From Candidatus Micrarchaeota archaeon (GTDB taxonomy: Archaea > Micrarchaeota > Micrarchaeia > Anstonellales > JAHKLY01), in contig JAHKLY010000002.1 in NCBI GenBank assembly GCA_020854825.1, positions 160,001 to 224,000 of the forward strand: 64,000 bases of DNA, read 5' to 3'. The position numbers were made by a program, and so were the translations under genes. Each line of letters begins with the position of its first letter. Position 1 is the stretch's first letter. Positions 61,822-64,000 of the stretch are shown piece by piece. Below the pieces are notes generated by a model that was given only the letters and a program-made list of their open reading frames with translations, ran no database searches and was not told where the DNA came from.

Positions 61822-62505
61822 ATGACAGATTTTGCAAACGCAATTAAGAAACCATTTTCAGATATGAAAAACTTAGGCATAGGTGTAGTATTAGGAGCAA
61901 TCCCAATAGTAAATATGCTTACAGTATATGGATATGGAATAAATTGCGCAAAACATGCTGATAAAAAAAGCTTACCAAAATGGGAAGATATTGTTCCACA
62001 TATAACAACAAGCATAATAGCAATAGTAATTGCTCTTGTGTATATGATACCCGCAATTATTGTAGGATTATTTATGGCAGGACCTTTAATTGATACTTTA
62101 GTCTCTTCTATGACTAATATGAATGAAATAATGGATCCAATGGTACTAACTAATATGTTAGGAACAATAGCTATTGGAATTATACCATTTGTATTATTAG
62201 TATTGATTGCCGCCTTCTTCCTACCTTTGGCATTAACAAGATATGCATTAAAAGGTAAAATAGGAGAAGCTTTTGCATTTGGTAAGATAATTAAAAGAGC
62301 TTTAACTGGCGAATATATTATAACCTTGATAGTATACATAGGATATGCTTTCATAGTAGGAATTATTTTGGGAATCCTTATGGGTATATTAAATATAATA
62401 CCTGTACTTGATTCAATAATCGGAATGCTACTTGGAGGCTTTGGAATGTATATTTCCTATGTAACGGGTTATACCTTATTTGGCCAATTAAAATGGAAAG
62501 ATTAA
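61822..62505 (+). CDS. DUF4013-like membrane protein
   Basis: AIKKPFSD, IPIV..YGY, LPKWED, EAFAF. Confidence 0.8.
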   Translation: MTDFANAIKKPFSDMKNLGIGVVLGAIPIVNMLTVYGYGINCAKHADKKSLPKWEDIVPHITTSIIAIVIALVYMIPAIIVGLFMAGPLIDTLVSSMTNMNEIMDPMVLTNMLGTIAIGIIPFVLLVLIAAFFLPLALTRYALKGKIGEAFAFGKIIKRALTGEYIITLIVYIGYAFIVGIILGILMGILNIIPVLDSIIGMLLGGFGMYISYVTGYTLFGQLKWKD

Positions 62506-62526
62506 TAAGTTCCTTCTCTTTTTTTT

Positions 62527-63234
62527 TTATTTTTTAAACTTAAAATAAACTCTTCTATTATTTTTTCCTTTGTTTTTTAATTCAATTATTTCTATTTTTG
62601 GAACTTCTTTAAGATTTTTTACATGACAGCCACCATCTGCTTGTGTATCTATTTCCCCTATTTTTACAATTCTTAATTCTTTAACTGCAGGAGGTAAAAC
62701 ACTTGCTAATTTAACCATGCCTGGTAATTGTAACGCTTCTTCTCTAGGCATATAAAAAACAGAAACAGGTATATCAATTCCAAAATACGAATTAACTTTT
62801 TCTACCTGTTTTTCTAAAATTTCTCTATTAAAATCTTCAAGATCAAAATCAAATCTAGTTTTATCTAAATCTATCTGATTTCCAGTTATCAACGCACCAG
62901 TATCAGTATTTAACGTTCCTGCTAAAACATGGGCAGCTGTATGATATTGCATTAACGTATATCTTCTATCCCAATCAATAGCGCATTTAATATTATCTCC
63001 TTTTTGTAATCCTTCTCTATTAACATAATGGATTATTCTCCCATCCTCTTTAATAACTTTTAAAACAATAAATTCTTCTCCTAATTTAAGAAATTTTCCA
63101 ATATCACAAGGCAATCCTCCTCCTTGTGGATAAAACACAGTTTGATTTAATACAATTTTGCAATTATCTACCTCTTCAATAATCGATTCGCATTCTTTCA
63201 TATAAGAGTCATTCATATACAATAACTTAGTCAT
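62527..63234 (-). CDS. AlaX-M trans-editing protein
   Basis: TVFYPQGGG, HTAAH, DGGCH, KGKNNRR. Confidence 0.92.
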   Translation of the reverse strand: MTKLLYMNDSYMKECESIIEEVDNCKIVLNQTVFYPQGGGLPCDIGKFLKLGEEFIVLKVIKEDGRIIHYVNREGLQKGDNIKCAIDWDRRYTLMQYHTAAHVLAGTLNTDTGALITGNQIDLDKTRFDFDLEDFNREILEKQVEKVNSYFGIDIPVSVFYMPREEALQLPGMVKLASVLPPAVKELRIVKIGEIDTQADGGCHVKNLKEVPKIEIIELKNKGKNNRRVYFKFKK

Positions 63235-63309
63235 AAAAATCACCTAATAACAATTTATTCAAATACAATTAAAAAAGGTATTCAATATAATATTAATGTT
63301 GGTGATATT

Positions 63310-64000
63310 GTGAAAGATTTTCATTTTCCTCCGGGAATTTTAGTAAAACAGCAGATTACAAATGCAATAGGCAATAATATGATTAAGCTTAAAGCAAAAA
63401 AGGAGATAATACATATAAATAGAGATGATGAAACAATAGGAGATTTTCTTCATTCAACACAAAATGAAATATCAAAAATTAAAATTAAAAAAAATGAAAA
63501 TGATATGGTAATAGACCAAAAACAAATCCAACCTGCATCATTAGATTTAACTTTAAGCAACACTGTTTATCACCTACCCTTTACATTTTTAGATTATAGA
63601 AGAAACGTTAGCGAGATTATTGAAAAATTTTCAGATATATATTTTGATATCTCAAATGGAAACAAAACTATTTTACATAAAAATCAAACATATATTATAC
63701 CTTTAAATGAAGAATTGGATTTAAATCATGATATTTATGCAAGGTGTAATCCAAAAAGTTCAACTGGAAGAATTGATGTATTTGTAAGAACTATTGTAGA
63801 TAAAGGATTAGAATTTGATAAAATTCCTCCTGGATATAAAGGAAAATTATATTTATTGATAATCCCCCAATCTTTTGATATTATAATAACTGAAAATATA
63901 TCCTTAAATCAAATAAGATTTTGTAAAGAAAAATTAGATGAAAATATAATACAAGATAGATCTATGGAAACAATAAGTAGAAAATTAGGTATCGCATATG
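63310..64000 (+). CDS. dcd: dCTP deaminase, long DCD type (3' truncated), not in the ORF track
   Basis: GTG start after SD GGTGAT; QIQPASLDL, NPKSSTGRIDVFVR, GYKGKLY, LNQIRF. Confidence 0.85.
   Translation, partial: MKDFHFPPGILVKQQITNAIGNNMIKLKAKKEIIHINRDDETIGDFLHSTQNEISKIKIKKNENDMVIDQKQIQPASLDLTLSNTVYHLPFTFLDYRRNVSEIIEKFSDIYFDISNGNKTILHKNQTYIIPLNEELDLNHDIYARCNPKSSTGRIDVFVRTIVDKGLEFDKIPPGYKGKLYLLIIPQSFDIIITENISLNQIRFCKEKLDENIIQDRSMETISRKLGIAY

Noticed and set aside
137-62354. Many short antisense ORFs in the track (e.g. 30667-31161, 15535-15972, 61800-62354)
   Set aside because: Shadows of well-supported genes on the opposite strand, with no SD or motifs

Overview
Very AT-rich, gene-dense window of an archaeal chromosome. 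Archaeal informational genes (TFB, MCM, aIF2-gamma, eS6, Alba, fibrillarin, Dph2, archaeal AspRS), GGTGA Shine-Dalgarno sites, BRE/TATA promoters and oligo-T terminators fit a DPANN archaeon, probably Micrarchaeota-like (inference). It also carries bacterial-type genes (gyrB/gyrA, class II LysRS, grpE-dnaK-dnaJ, IspF, type 1 IDI, PolX). No rRNA, CRISPR array or transposase was seen. Signals not in the ORF track: (i) all four tRNA genes (Arg-CCT, Thr-GGT, Lys-TTT, Glu-CTC) are split by 2-3 BHB-type introns, 10 in total, two with a 6-nt micro-exon, and many introns share a U-tract/A-tract hairpin that also follows dnaK; (ii) two box C/D-like sRNAs, one predicted to guide Gm2251 of the 23S P-loop; (iii) a surface lipoprotein whose repeat domains appear nested three levels deep; (iv) a twin palindromic operator before a heat-shock operon whose GrpE has a Cys-rich N-terminal repeat; (v) four uncalled microproteins, including a hyper-acidic peptide after gyrA; (vi) a membrane lipoprotein fused to a Roadblock/LC7 domain. 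All calls were made by eye; no searches were run.
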